Source: Lama glama (taxonomy: Eukaryota). Taken from it: a stretch of 64,000 nucleotides of DNA. The notes beneath the pieces were generated by a model, which was not told the origin of the DNA, did not search any database, and worked only from the letters and a program-made list of their open reading frames with translations. Position numbers and translations under genes: made by a program. Below, one piece after another: positions 11,010 to 23,835 of this stretch. The DNA is taken from assembly GCA_028534125.1 (NCBI GenBank), contig CM052817.1:99822001-99886000 (forward strand). The letters run 5' to 3'. The first letter of the stretch is position 1, and each line of letters starts with the position of its first letter.

Positions 11010-12700
11010 TTATCCCCACCCTTTATTTCCAGTCTCTAAGCTGGTTCCCTGTGCTGGTTCCCTCATCTCACTGTCATTCATATTTTTGTCTCTTTAACAG
11101 AGAAGTATTATTTTTTGAGTCTTCCTCTTGTCTCAGTGGCTGCTCCTTTCTGGTCTTTCTTCCCTCTGTCTACCCTTCATGTGTTGGCATTCCCCAGGAA
11201 CTGCCCAAGTTCTTTTCTCCATGTCCCACTGCACGCTGTCCCCTCGGGGCCTGCTTCTTCATGTCTGCCTGATCCTTGCTCAGATGTCACCTTAACACCA
11301 CCCTTTATAAAGCAGCATCTGACTCTCGACTCTCCTCTGAGCACTAGCCCCACATAACTGGCTGCCTCTCGGATGTCCTGCAGGCAGATCAGGTTAACAT
11401 ACCCGAAACTGAATTCATCATTCTTCTCCCCTGAAATCTGTGCTCCCACATCCACCCCGTCATGTCCTCTGTCTTGGAGAATGCCATCACCGTCCCCCTT
11501 TACATGGCTGACATTGACCCGGCATCTTCTATGTGCCAGGCTCTTTTCTAAGAACTTCTGTGTAACTCCTCACAAAATCCTTTGGGATAGATTTTATGAT
11601 TATTCCCATTATAGAGATGCAGAAACTGAAGCACATGAAGCTCAAGATCACAAAACCATTAATTGGTGGAGATGGAATCCCAGAGTATGGAGTCTTAGTC
11701 GCCGTGCTCCGCTGCCAGCCTTTCTCAGTACCCCATGCCAGACATCTAGGACTACCCTTCACCTCGTCTCCTGCCCCTGCACATCTGGTTAGTCCTCTCC
11801 CGCCCACCTCCTAAACTCTCTTAAAAGCACATTTCTACTTCTCTGCACTTTCAGTGGAGTAAGTATTCTAATCCTGGTCTCTTTCATCTCTTGCCCCTAC
11901 TGTTCTAATTGGTGTCCTCTTTCCATCTATTTCTGTATATTATTGCGAGGGTATTGTTCTTCCTAGTAGTAAACCGCATCATGACACTTGCCTGCCTTTG
12001 CCAGCCCCACCCTCCACGATCCGTCATCTGGTGTTGGGCAAACGCTCTATTATCCACTTCACTATTGAGCAAGCTCCACTCATTTTGAGGAACAGGACGG
12101 TTCAGACTTTTGAAGAATCTTGCCATAATGCAGAGAGCTGAAAGAGTCTTTGCTGCTTTTGGTCCTTAATTTCTATTTATTGTAATGAAAGAACAATAAA
12201 AAAAATTAAGAGTCTAGTCTGGCTCAGAGAGGGGTGGCATCTCTAATTTTGGCAGCCCCTCAGTGGAGTGCTCTCCCACGGCTGCCCCAGTTCTGTGCTC
12301 CAGGTAGTAAACTGCTTGCACTCCCTACAGTGTGTCATGTTCTCTCTCCTTCCTCTGAGCCTTCGCATATGCTCTTCCCTCTTCCTGTATACTCTTCCCT
12401 CACTGCCCCATTTGCGTGGCTCACACTACCATCTCCATTTTCAGGTCTCAACTTAGATTTCATTTCACCTGGAAAGCCTTCTCAGATCCCATTTACCTTC
12501 CAACCAACAGTTTGGGTTAAGTGCTTCTTCTTATATGCCACTATTGCATACCATTCTTCCCTACCATGCGACTCACTAAACCTTGTTTTAATTGTTCCGT
12601 TGTTTCATTTAGGCTGTAAGCCACATCTTATTTATTTCTGTGCTTCTGCCACCCAGCATAGATGTTCAATAGATATTGATTGCATGGAAGAATAAATGGG
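11010..12700 (+). mobile_element. L2 LINE 3' portion (fragmented)
   Basis: Pyrimidine-rich L2 motifs 'ggatgtcc...aacatacccgaaactgaattcatc' and 'tcaggtctcaacttagatttcatttcacctggaaagccttc', and terminal 'atgttcaatagatattgattg...aataaatg'. Confidence 0.75.
11500..11710 (-). mobile_element. MIR SINE inside L2
   Basis: 'tatgtgccaggc...aactcctcacaaaatcc...attcccattatagagatgcagaaactgaagcac'. Confidence 0.75.
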
Positions 12701-12775
12701 TATTTAAATGAGCAAATTGATTTTACCCAGTTCCGCCTGCTTCTTACCTTTGTGGAAAAACTCTTGTAGGTGATT

Positions 12776-13258
12776 TATCAGTTAGGGTTAGGTTCACACA
12801 TAAGTAACTACCAAAATCAATGGCTTAAACCAATTAGGGGGTTATTTTTCTTCCACACAAAATAAGTCTGGGACTAGGCTCTCCAGGCTTAGTAAACTGG
12901 CTCCTTCTGTCTTTCTGCTCCACTCTCCTGGGGCGATCCTTGCCCCTATGTTCTCATCTTAAGATGACCGCCAGAAGTTTAACATCTGTGTGATCTCATT
13001 CTGGGACAGAAGGAAAGATCAAAAAAGCAAAAGCGAGCTTACTAGCATTCTGCTTCCTGCCCCCACACCTTTTAGGGGCTCTCCAGAAAGGCCTTCCAAG
13101 GATTTCTCCGTATGCTCAATGATGGAACTGTATCACAGTATCACCTCTGGCTGCAAGGAAGGCTGGGAGATACTGTTTTTTGCCTTACTGCAAAATTGGG
13201 GTTCTTTTAATAAGGAGGGAGAGGACAGATACTGGGCGGTAACTGGAAGTCTCTACAT
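12776..13258 (-). mobile_element. MLT1-type (ERVL-MaLR) solo LTR
   Basis: 'tatcagttagggttagg...aatggcttaaac...aagatgaccgcc...ctctggctgcaaggaaggctggga...aaaattggggttct'. Confidence 0.75.
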
Positions 13259-15171
13259 AGCTTAGGATGATTTCCCTCTTATGTAACCATGGACAATTTT
13301 AGTAAGTAATTTGAAAATCAGTATGTCAGTGCTTAAAATATATGTGTATATATATATATATATATATAATGTGGATTTGAAAGAAGTTTTACCTTTTTTG
13401 TTTCTTGCCACTGTACATAAAATTAGCAACCTTTTTGGATATTTTAAGAAAGTTAATTATAGGATTCTGAAAAAAATCTGAATAATTACTTTTATGAATC
13501 TTTATTATTTTTTCTAGATATTTGCACTTGTTGATTAAAGAGTATACCTTCTTAAAGTCTCATTGAGAGGTACCCCAGAATCTGCGAGTAGGAGTGTAAA
13601 TTGCTAGAATATTTGGCAAAAGATTTGATAATAGACATTAAGAAATCTAAAATCTAATTCATAGAATTGGATTCTTTTTTTGGGGGGGGAGAATTTAATG
13701 GCTTGGCAAAATACTCATGATGAAATATTGAATGAAAAAAGCAGGAATCAAGATTTAATCCCAAGTCATAAAATTCTTCAAAAAAAAATCCAGTTTTAAT
13801 AATTGTCCATCATTCCATTATAGGGATGTTCCACATATATTTAATCCTTCTCCTGTTGAACACTTAGCCTGTTCCAAATTTTCACTATTAGAAATATTCT
13901 TCAGTAAAAGACTTAGTACATTTTTACATAATTTTATTTAACATTTCTAGGTTTTCATGATAGATTTATAGAAGAATGAACAGAAGAGATTAAAAATGTA
14001 GATGCCTTATTTATTATCTGTTGCCAAGTCTTTTGCCAGATGTCTATATACACACATGTATTATGCTTCTGACTTTGTAAATATATGAATTTATTGGAAA
14101 GTATAGAAAAAAGACTAGAAATAAAGATATTAAAGCTTTAAAAATAATTATCTCTGGTGGTGGTGCTTTGAGTGATTTCTACTGTCTTTATATTTTTGCT
14201 ACATTTTTTGCAATGACTATGTATTGCTTTAATGATTTAAAATAGTTGAAAATAAAGACTCTGACTTTTATTTTGATGATCAACTATTGCTTTGCAATTT
14301 AGAGTGTTGGCATCAAGTGTGAAATTTTAATGTTGATGTTTTAATCAAAGAAGAGTAAGCACATTGCAGATATATCCTATAGGATTTGTAATTTATATAT
14401 TAGACGTGTTTTCCTGCATTTGTTTTGAGCTGTTTCTCCATTTTTCCTAGTGATTTAGACCTTACCTAATGGAATCTAGTAAATTGAAATAAACAAAAGT
14501 TGCTGGGTCTTTTTTTTTTCCCCCCAGTAACATTTGTTGTAACTGTTAAAAACAAGAGCACCACAGAGCTTAAATTCTCACATTCAGTAGCTGGATTGTA
14601 GTATAACCTTTAGATAGTCCTGGGGTCATTTTTAGCATGTCATCATTTTGTAACAAACTGACCCTTAAGCAAGATAAGGTGTCCCAGTGACCTGTTTCAC
14701 ATTCATAGACTCCACAGCCAGGAGTAGATTAATTTCAGAGATGCATTCCAGAATGTTGGCTAAGGAGAGAGAGTATGAAAAACATGTTATATATAAACCA
14801 AAGTAGTGCCAGTTAAAAAACAACAACAAAAATAAACCTCTGAATCAAAAATATGTAGATTTGGAGAATAGGGCTGAGGATGCAAGGTTTGGGTTACAAT
14901 TAGATGGTTAGATGTTAGATGGGAAAGGGCAGATTTGCAGAATTTTGAGTAGTTTTCCCCAGGCTATTGAGAATTTGCATACTTTTCTAATGTAAAATCT
15001 TATGTGGACTGCCGCAACATTCTGTCTCTCATTCTGTTCTCCCTCATTTGAGAAAATATTGATAGAAAGTTACCAAGACCCAAATCATAGTTTTAAGTAA
15101 ATTGTATTTTGTTAAATATAATGCCATTTATGTACTGTCTCTGTCTACTTGAAAAGTGGTATTTAGTCTAA

Positions 15172-15370
15172 AGTAAAGTTTGGCAAACAATGGCCAAATC
15201 TGGCCTGCTGCACTTTTTTTTATGATCCACCAGTTAGAAAGAGTTTATAGATTTTTAATGGTTGGAAAAAAAAAAGGAGAATATAATGTATAGAGAGCGT
15301 ATATGGATCCTTCAAAGCCGAAAATAATTACTATCTGGCCCTTTACAGAAAAAGTTTGCCCACCCTTGGT
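15172..15370. mobile_element. MER58-like hAT MITE
   Basis: 'ttggcaaac...ggccaaatctggcctgc' at one end and 'actatctggccctttacagaaaaagtttgcccacccttg' at the other. Confidence 0.82.
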
Positions 15371-15376
15371 CTAAAG

Positions 15377-16086
15377 CAGTGGTTTTCAACCAGAGGCAGT
15401 TTTGTCCCCAAGGGACATTTGGCAGTCCTTCAAAGACACTTTTGATGGTCACAACCAAAGGGTTGGGGGTGCTACTGGCAATCAGTAGGTAGAGGCTGGA
15501 GATGCTGCTAAACACCTTAAAATGTGCAGAATGGCTTCTCAAGGCAAAGAATTAACCTATTGAAGACGTGGACAATGAGACTTTCCTTGCTCAAATTTTA
15601 GTTAGGCTCCTCTGAGCCGCCTCTTGACTAGGCCTCAGGCTTGGCCCCCATCCTGTCTTTGTCCTGCCTATCCCAGTTTTAGCAAGAATTATGCTAGGTC
15701 AGTTTAGTGAAAACCTCCCCATTCTTAATATCTGATCACCCTTGATGTCTGATCAAATGCCTTATCCCCACCCTTGATGTCTGATCACCCTGGTGTGTGT
15801 TCAGCAAGAATCCTGTTAGATCAGTTTAGTACGAATCCCCCTACCCTTGATGTCATGTCATAGTCAAATTTTCCATCTAATGAACCCCTCACTCTGCTCG
15901 TTAGTATAAATTCCCAGCTGTCTTTCGCTATGTTTGGAATTGAGCTTGATCTCTCACCCCTATTGCAGTCGTCTTCTCACCCATTGCAGTAATCCTGAAT
16001 AATAAAATCTTCCTTACCAGTTACACAAGTTGTCAGAATATTTTTTCTTTAGCAGTATCAATAGTGTAGAGGTTGAGAAACCCCGA
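15377..16086. mobile_element. MER20 hAT element split by an LTR (15377-15568 and 16054-16086)
   Basis: 'cagtggttttcaaccagaggcagttttgtcccc...gctactggca...gtagaggctggagatgctgctaaacacctt'; the 3' end 'tcaatagtgtagaggttgagaaacc' resumes after the LTR. Confidence 0.82.
15569..16053 (+). mobile_element. MER31-like ERV1 solo LTR
   Basis: 'ttaggctcctctgagcc...gactaggcctc...tttagcaagaat...gtcagtttag', repeated 'cccttgatgtc' motifs, TATA-like 'tataaa' (~15906), AATAAA (~16001), ends in CA. Confidence 0.78.
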
Positions 16087-16390
16087 GCTAGTATTTGGTA
16101 TGTGTATGAATGCAGGGACCACCCCTGCCAATGACTCTACAGCAGCCCCTTTCCTGTTTTATAGGGAAGAGGAACCAGCCTGCACAAACATGCTTTAGGG
16201 ATCTGTTGCCTTCAGGACTTGAAAGAGGCCAGTTGTAGACATATTTTGCCTCAATGACATCTCCAGGGTAAAATAAGGCAATCAGGATGGGTTTGGCCCT
16301 GGCTCCTTTCCCTGGGTATCCTTAAGAATGAAATAAGATTTACTCTCTCCAAGGGGATTTCATTATCAACCTTTCTTCCTCCCCAATATT

Positions 16391-16568
16391 TTTTTTATTG
16401 AATTATAATTGACATACAGTATTAGTCTCGGGTGTACAACATAGTGATTCAATATTTTTATACGTTACAGAATGATCACTGAGATAAGTCTAGTTACCAT
16501 CTGTCACATATAGAGTTATTACAGTATTATTGACTATATTCCCTATGCTGTACTTTACATTTCTATGA
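16391..16568 (-). mobile_element. Short L1 3' terminus with perfect 12-bp TSD
   Basis: TSD 'ctccccaatatt' at 16379-16390 and 16569-16580; poly-T then 'attgaattataattgacata...ggtgtacaacatagtgattcaata'. Confidence 0.9.
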
Positions 16569-17764
16569 CTCCCCAATATTCTTCTGTCTGTTGGAATCTT
16601 CATTAAAAGATGAGACCTTGCAATCTTCAAAGTAAAATACTAAAAAGCAAATGTATGAACTTGTTAAAACAAGTTTAGACAGTTGTTAATCAGTGAATAG
16701 AAGTGATTACTGTGTCTTTCCTGGTTCTCATTTAGAGGTGTGGTTGAAGAGAGCAAGAGTACACATGAGGTCTGAAAATGTGTTTCTGTATTCTACTGTA
16801 AAGTTTAAGGAGATTGGATATCTTCATTGGTGAGTGAGAGGCAAGAAAAGGCTAAAAACAAAGAAAAAAGTTCAAAGCTATAACTTGACCTCACCTTTCT
16901 TGTGTACCTGAGTCCCAGCTCCCCTTTTCTTTTGCCTGCTTGCTTCCTGAGAACTGGGACCCTGGTACCTATTCTGTCCATGTGGCTTTCCTGTTAACAG
17001 AAGCATCCTTCTCTGGGCAGGAACCTCTGGAGCCTGTGTCTTACCTACTGGTCTGAACTCTCTCTTTTTGACATGAAGCCAGACCTGCCCAGTATAAGTC
17101 CAGCCTTCTCACTCCAGCTAATGGTTCAGATTCTCCTGTGCCTCTCATTTTCTTTGCCATCCTAATTTTCTGTGACCATGTTATTCCTGATTGGTTCTGA
17201 TAGAAGACTTCAGAAAGTAAGCCTAGTTACAAAGTGGCCACAGAGTCTTTATGTGTGCCAGTTAGAACTTATCTCTGCATTTCTCTCCATTCTCCACCTG
17301 GGTTTTAATATTTTCCCTTTTTCTTCTGGAAATCTTTCATTTTGATGATTGGAAGTCACAAAGCAGACCCTGCTACTATTTATATGTCTTTGTTGTCAGA
17401 TGGAATCTTTGCATAGAGACTTTATGGCCACTGTCAGGTCATTGTTAGAGACTTGTAATTACCAATATAGAAGTTGTCCAGAGGACATGGGGAAAATTTT
17501 AAATTTGTAGGAGAGCATATAGATATTTCTAATGAGCAGCATAGTGGACTTTGGGGCTGCTCTTTATTTTTCTAGGTCCCAAAAGGACCCTTTTAATGTA
17601 CTAGCAACTCAATAAAAGAAAGCAATCATTAGTTAAGTAACTACGTAGAACCTACTAATTTACTATTCATTGTTAATAAACATAGAAAAAAATTTTTTTT
17701 CTTGGATTGGACTAGGAGCAGTCATTGTCTTCAAATAAAATTCTTCCATTAAAAAAAAATTAAT

Positions 17765-17985
17765 GAAGGATAGGAGGAGGGGCAAGATAAGGGTAGAAGA
17801 TAAGAAGTCCAAACTATTAGATATATAATAAGCTACAAGAATATATTATACAGCACAAAGATTATAGCCAATATTTTATAATAACTATAAATGGAGTAGA
17901 ACCTTTAAAATTGTGAATCATTATATTGTACACCTATAACTTATATAATATTGTATGTCAACTATACTTCAATAAAAAATAAGGC
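17765..17985 (+). mobile_element. L1 3' terminus
   Basis: 'aataagctacaag...ataactataaatggagta...aattgtgaatca...caactatacttcaataaaaaat'. Confidence 0.85.
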
Positions 17986-18019
17986 TGCTATTATATCCCA
18001 AGAAATACTATATAATCTA

Positions 18020-18245
18020 GGCAGAAGAATACTGATTTTGGACACAGTGCACCTGGGGCAGAATCCTGGCTCTGCCCCCATCACCTCTCTCTGCCTCAGT
18101 TTCTTCAGCTATGAAACAGGGAAAATAATGTATACCTACCTCATAGGGTTGTTGTAAGGCCTGTCTCAGTTTGTGTGTGAAGTACTTAAAGTAGTGCAGG
18201 CCACACTTATAACTGCTATCTAAGCCATAGCTATTGATAGTAGTA
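18020..18245 (+). mobile_element. MIR SINE
   Basis: 'aatcctggctctgcc...ctctgcctcagtttcttcagctatgaaacaggg...acctacctcatagggttgttgtaagg'. Confidence 0.8.
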
Positions 18246-19835
18246 TTTATTTTAGTCTTGTTGTTAATGACCTAATCTAGAGAAATATATTTTTTGGAAA
18301 TTCAAGGAAATATGTTCAGACATTTCCAGAAAGAAAAGTCTAAGCACAATTCTTTGGAATACCTTAAATCAGAGAAAGATAAATGTAATAGCTGGCAGTG
18401 CTAAATTATATGTTTCTCAAATAGGTTTCTCACCACAGACACACCAGTATATCCCTTTATGTTTATGAAGGTGTTTTTAGCTGACGAAAGTTGCCAAGGC
18501 ACTGAAAAGTGCCGCTGCCGCCTGGGTTCCTATCCGGGGTGTTGGTTAAAATGGCATTGGGTTGAATAAGGTTTATGTGGAAATACTGATTTGCTGAGGA
18601 GCACAGGAATGAAGCTCACTATGGGGTTTAGTTTTGGAGAGGATATCAAAATGCATTGAATTTGACTTTTGGTGACACTAGCAGTCATAAAGGTAATATA
18701 AACACCCTCATTTATGTCAGAATAATTTGGCCATTTAGGGAGGAGGCAGTTTTCTTTCATTTTGTTCAATAGACATGAGTTCAGAAGATTTTTAGGATGT
18801 ACCGAAACACTTCCGAATGAAATGTGCTTTCCCAAAACATCAAAGGAAATTCCTCAGGCTTTATCTTCATATTTTATGACACTCACCTAAGCTTTTTTAA
18901 TGTGCGTGTTTATAATCAGGTGCACCTGTGTCAACATGTGTGTACATATGTATAAAAGAATGTAATTATGGTGTAAAAAACACATTTAGGAAAGAGATTA
19001 TGGACTTCTTTTTCCAAACAGAAATATAGCTCATTTCTCTGAAGATGGTTCTCTTTAAGCACACCAGAAAATCTGAGTAGCATTCTGCCAGTTGCTTTTT
19101 TATAAAGGGATGAAACAGATGCTCTATTGATCCCTGATATGGTTATTTATGTGGCTGGTTTTCTACATGAAGGGAGAAAAGTTTGATTAATTACCATTAA
19201 CTGTGACATATCCCGTGGGTAATGAATTTTCTGTGTGTGTGTTTTTTTCTCCCCTTTTTGGATAAATTTGTGGCTAAGTTCTGCTAAAGCAGTTTGCCAG
19301 AACACTTGGCAGAAAATAAATGCAGCTTCTGTGAAAGCATAGGATGGCAGTGTTGTCAAGTATTTAGGTGGTGCCTGAGCGATGTGGTGTCCTGCCACTG
19401 TCTGTCTGCAGGATCTGAATCTGGAGGTCCTTTTCTTGGGAGTTTGTGTCAGGCCCTGGTGGTGTCTGTGCATCCTCCAGCTGGCTACTTAGGCTTGGAG
19501 CTGCAACCTGTTGCCATGATCACCGGTGTGAATTTGAAGCCCATCCAAGACTAAACCGGTAGCTGATTTCGCTAACTACCACTCTTGACTCTTGTCACTC
19601 AGGGTATCATTGCTGCTGTTAATTAAATTAGTGCTTCCTCATTTGGGGTAACAATGTAATCTGATGTGCTTCTGCACGTTTTTTCTCATTTGATTTCTTT
19701 AATACTGTACTGTAGCCAGGCAGGTTTCAATTATGATAAAGTAAGTTCTAGTGACTTGCTCAAGGCCACTAAATAGTATGTGAAACTCAGACCCAGACCT
19801 TCTGAGCCCAAGCTGTTGCTCATCCTTCTGTGCCA

Positions 19836-20730
19836 AATGCTTTTTTATATGTTGTTGGATTTGATTTCCTAATATTTTGTGGAGGATTTTTGTATCTATA
19901 TTCATAGCAGGTGTTGGCCTATAGTTTTCATTTCTTATAATGTCTTTGGTTTTATTATTAGGGTGATGCTTGTCACATAGAACAGGTTAGAAAGTGTTCT
20001 CTTTCCTTCTATCTTCTGGAAGAGATTGTAGAGAATTGGTATAATTTCCTCCTTAAATGTTTGGTAGAATCCACTGGCAAACCCAGTCTGGGCCTGGTGT
20101 TTCTGTTTTGGAAGGTAGTTATTGGTTCAGTTTCTTTAATTAATATAGGCTATTAGATGATCTCTTTTTCCTTGTATGAGTGTCGGTATAGTCTGTGTTT
20201 CAAGATATTGGTCCATTTTATGTAGGTTATCAAATTTGTGGACCTAGAGTTGTCCATAATATTCCTTTAATACCCTTGTAATGTCCATGGGATCAGTGGT
20301 GATGGCCCCTTTTTTCATTTCTAATGTTAATGATTTGTGTCTTCTTTTTTCTTAACGTGGCTAAGAGTTCCTCAGTTTTAGAGATGTTTTCAAAGACAGC
20401 TTTTGGTTTCATTGATTTTTTTCTCTATTGATTTTCTTTTTCAATTTCATTGATTTTTACTCTAATTTTTATGATTTTCCCTTCTGCTTACTTCGGATTT
20501 AATTTGCTCCTCTTTTTCTAGTTTCCTAAGGTGGAAGCTTATATTATTGATTTGAGATCTTTCTTCTTTTCTAATATATGCATTCAGTGCTATTAATTTT
20601 TCTCCAAGCACTGCTTTCTCTGCATTTCACAAATTTTGGTAAGTTGCAGTTTTAGTTTCATTTAAAGAATTTTTAGATTTCCTGTGAGATTTCTTCTTTG
20701 ACTCGTGTTATTTAGAAATGTTTAATCTCA
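19836..20730 (-). mobile_element. Internal L1 ORF2 fragment (post-EN linker to start of RT)
   Basis: ORF 19699-19905(-) begins '[22 protein letters not shown]'; the fragment is collinear with ~62330-63245 of the L1 at the window end. Confidence 0.88.
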
Positions 20731-22197
20731 TCATATTATTTTTTTGTTCATGAATACTAGTGTACATTTTCCAAGATACAACTAGAGACAATTGTGCCCA
20801 CTGATAAAAATTATACACATTGAGCTTCTAATGGTGAAGGAGGGTGGAAAGGGAGAAAGGAAGGAAGCACTGACAACTGAGTTACTCTTTTATTATTTGC
20901 TTAACTTTGCTTATCTTCAAAATGGATTTGAAGCTGACAATAAAACATAACGTAATTTTATATAGATAGAAAATTATAAATATATGCATTATTAAAAGGA
21001 GAAAATATATGATAAAATGGAGGAAACGGTTGTACCAGAGACCAATTCTCTCCAGTATTGGTGATTTTCCCTTGTCTACTAATGGAACTAGACATAGATA
21101 ACTTGAGATTAAGATTTCTGATAAGTGCCATAATTTCAAATTATTGATTGAAAACTGAGCTGGTAATTTTGTAATGAAAGTTAAAGAATTTATATTAAAT
21201 ATTATTACCCAAATGGTGGGTCATCTCACCACTGCACCGAGGGGGACTGCAGTTTTACTTGTAGACAGGTTGCTTATTTTCCATACATATTGTAACATGA
21301 CACTCGTTTTTATTTTCCTGTTATTTACAATCCTAATAAAAGATTGTCCTAATAAAAGATTGAGTGGTTAATAGAAATATAGGGAAAAAAGAAAGATAAA
21401 ATTGTGAAAGTGAAGATAAGGGTATACAGTAAGTTAAAGGCTGCAGAAATGCATTAACAAGGTGTGCCTCTGTTATTGAATGTGGACCATAAATTTCTGT
21501 CTGAGCTTCATACAAACAGCTGGCTCAAATTAAAGGGAGCCACAAGTTGAAACTTCACATTGATTTAAGAGCAGGTATCCTGAGGGAGTCTGCTCCTCCA
21601 TGAAGCTGGAGTTGGGGTCTGGGTTCATAGTGTTTGCAGACTTCAGCTGCAGGAGTTTTAAGACCTTTACCTCAGTCTCCTGTCATTAGTGTGACTTAGT
21701 TTTGTTTACTTTGTCTGTCTTCTCTCTTTTTCTCCCAGCTCAAATACTTGAGAAGGTCTAAAACCCCCCTCTGGAGATTTGGGAGAAGGTGATGTGAGTG
21801 GTTTCCCTAAACACCTTGGTGCAATCATTTCAATTTATACAATGTCTTTAAGGTTTAAAGACATACTGTTTATCCAGGAACCTTTTTAGGATTTTAGGCC
21901 TGTGAGGACTTACTCCTATGGGTTCTTGTGAAGAGGGCACTGGGTGACAGGGAAGGCAGCATTCTTCCAATAGCATCCTTACGACAGCGACAGTAATGAT
22001 TTTCATACAGCTGATACTTGTGATGCTGCTCAGTTTGAGCCAAGTACATACCGTCAGAGTACGGTTTAGTAGAAGTGATTCTTTCAGGAGATAAAGCAGT
22101 GAAGTTAAAATATGAAGCTCTGAAGCTTTGAGTTGATCTAGAGATATAATTTAAGCTACAGTAGAAGTTTTTTTTTTCTTTTTAAAATTGATTTAAA

Positions 22198-22848
22198 GTG
22201 CTGAAAAAAAATCAACTAAGAATTCTATATTTGGCAAAACTGTCCTTTAAAAATTAGGGGTGAGAAATGAATACATTCATAGATAAACAAAAGCTAGGGG
22301 GATTCATTGCTAGTAGACCTGCCCTGCAAAAAATGCTAAAGAGAGTCCTTTGGGCTGGAACAGTAGGGATACTAGACAGTAACTCAAAGCCATATGAAGA
22401 GGTAAAGATCACTAATAAAGGTAACCATAGATAAATATAAAATCAATGTCATTGTAATTTTGGTTTGTAACTCCTCTGAGACAAATGTCTGAAACAATAA
22501 TTATATATCTGTTAATCGGCACACCATATATACAATACAATGTGCGACAGTAACAACCTAAAGCTGGGCTACAGAGCTGGATAGGAATAGATTTAATACA
22601 TGCTATTGAAGCTAAGTTGGTATCAATTCATACTAGTTTGTTATAAACTTAGAATATTAACTGTAATCCCCAAAGTAACCACTAAAAAAAAAATCAGTAT
22701 AATATACCACATTAACAGAACAAATGGTAAAAAAATTCACATGATCATCTCAATAGATGCAGAAAGAACATTTAAGAAAATTTAACACTCTTTCATAGCA
22801 AAAAGACCCAGAAGACTAGGAATAGAAGAGAGCTTCCTTAACATGACA
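22198..22848 (+). mobile_element. Old L1: ORF1 end + inter-ORF joined directly to an RT-region fragment
   Basis: 'aagaattctatatttggcaaaactgtcctttaaaa...agtagacctgccctgcaaaaaatgctaaagagagtcc' (ORF1 end), then '[15 protein letters not shown]' (RT) after ~22692. Confidence 0.85.
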
Positions 22849-23387
22849 CGTTCTGCCAACAGCAAAAAAAAAAAGGCAAAGTGGCCTTTGGAAGGGTAAC
22901 CAGTAATTAGTTACAGGATAGCAAATTCTTCATGTCACCTCCTCTGAATGTTATTTCCTAAAACTAATCTTTTAGTAAGAACCAAGCTGGAGAAATTCTA
23001 GGTTATTCTCTTTTTCTGAGCATCTAGAGTTCAGCTGTTTAAAAATTTTTTTTTGAGGTGATGGATTTATTAATTATCTAGATTGTGGTAATCATTTCAC
23101 AATGTGTATGTATATTAAATAGCACATTGCACACCAGTTAAAAAAATCACATTGTATAAGCTTAAAAAAAGAGACCTCAGTTTGAATCTGCATTTACTAG
23201 CTGGGAGACAGAACTTAATCCCTTTAAATAACAGGTTCCTCATTAATAAAACAAAGATAATAAAACTTGTATTTTACTGCAAGCATTAATAAAGAGGAAG
23301 GAAGTAAAGTCCTGGCACTGCATAGCTTTGTTCTGCCACTCCCTCAATGTGGGTCCTTGGAGAGATGAACCTCTTTTTTTTTTTTTT

Positions 23388-23537
23388 TTCATTAAGCAAA
23401 TATTTATTCAATACCAGGCATTGAATTATTAGTGTAGTGAGCAAGACAGATTAAGTCACTTTTCTCATGGAGCCTGAGATTCTTTACAAAGAGATGCATA
23501 GTAAATACGATCATTTCAAATACAGATTAATGCTACC
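23388..23537 (-). mobile_element. L2 3' end
   Basis: 'cattaagcaaatatttatt...gtgagcaagacaga...tctcatggagcctgagattc'. Confidence 0.6.
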
Positions 23538-23835
23538 TTTTTTGTTTTGTTTTCCTTTTTCAGTTTTATTAGGTAGAATTGTTACAGTTTGCACATATAC
23601 ATTATATTGCATGTAAATACATATATACAATACACTAGACTTTTTTTTAGTTTAAATATATGTGCTAATCATTGTTTCTAAGAACAGATTAGAGCTTTAG
23701 CTTTTAAAACTTAGATAATTATCAAAGGAATATAGCCAACCACAAAATCAGAATCAACAGAATGTGGTAATCCAGTCATAAAGGACAGTCAGATGTGCTT
23801 ACACATATTCAAGAAATCAACTAAGTTATAAATAA
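23538..23835 (-). pseudogene. Polyadenylated non-L1 segment (candidate retrocopied mRNA 3'UTR or L1 3' transduction)
   Basis: On the - strand: AU-rich sequence, AATAAA (23565-23570), then a degenerate poly(A) (23538-23560). It does not resemble the normal L1 3' ends in this window. Confidence 0.55.

Noticed and set aside
11373..12695. 139-aa and 153-aa ORFs as genes
   Set aside because: They lie in L2/MIR sequence, have non-ATG starts and show no recognisable domain.
15735..15860. CRISPR-like or novel spaced repeat (cccttgatgtc x3)
   Set aside because: These are irregularly spaced internal repeats of the MER31-like LTR.
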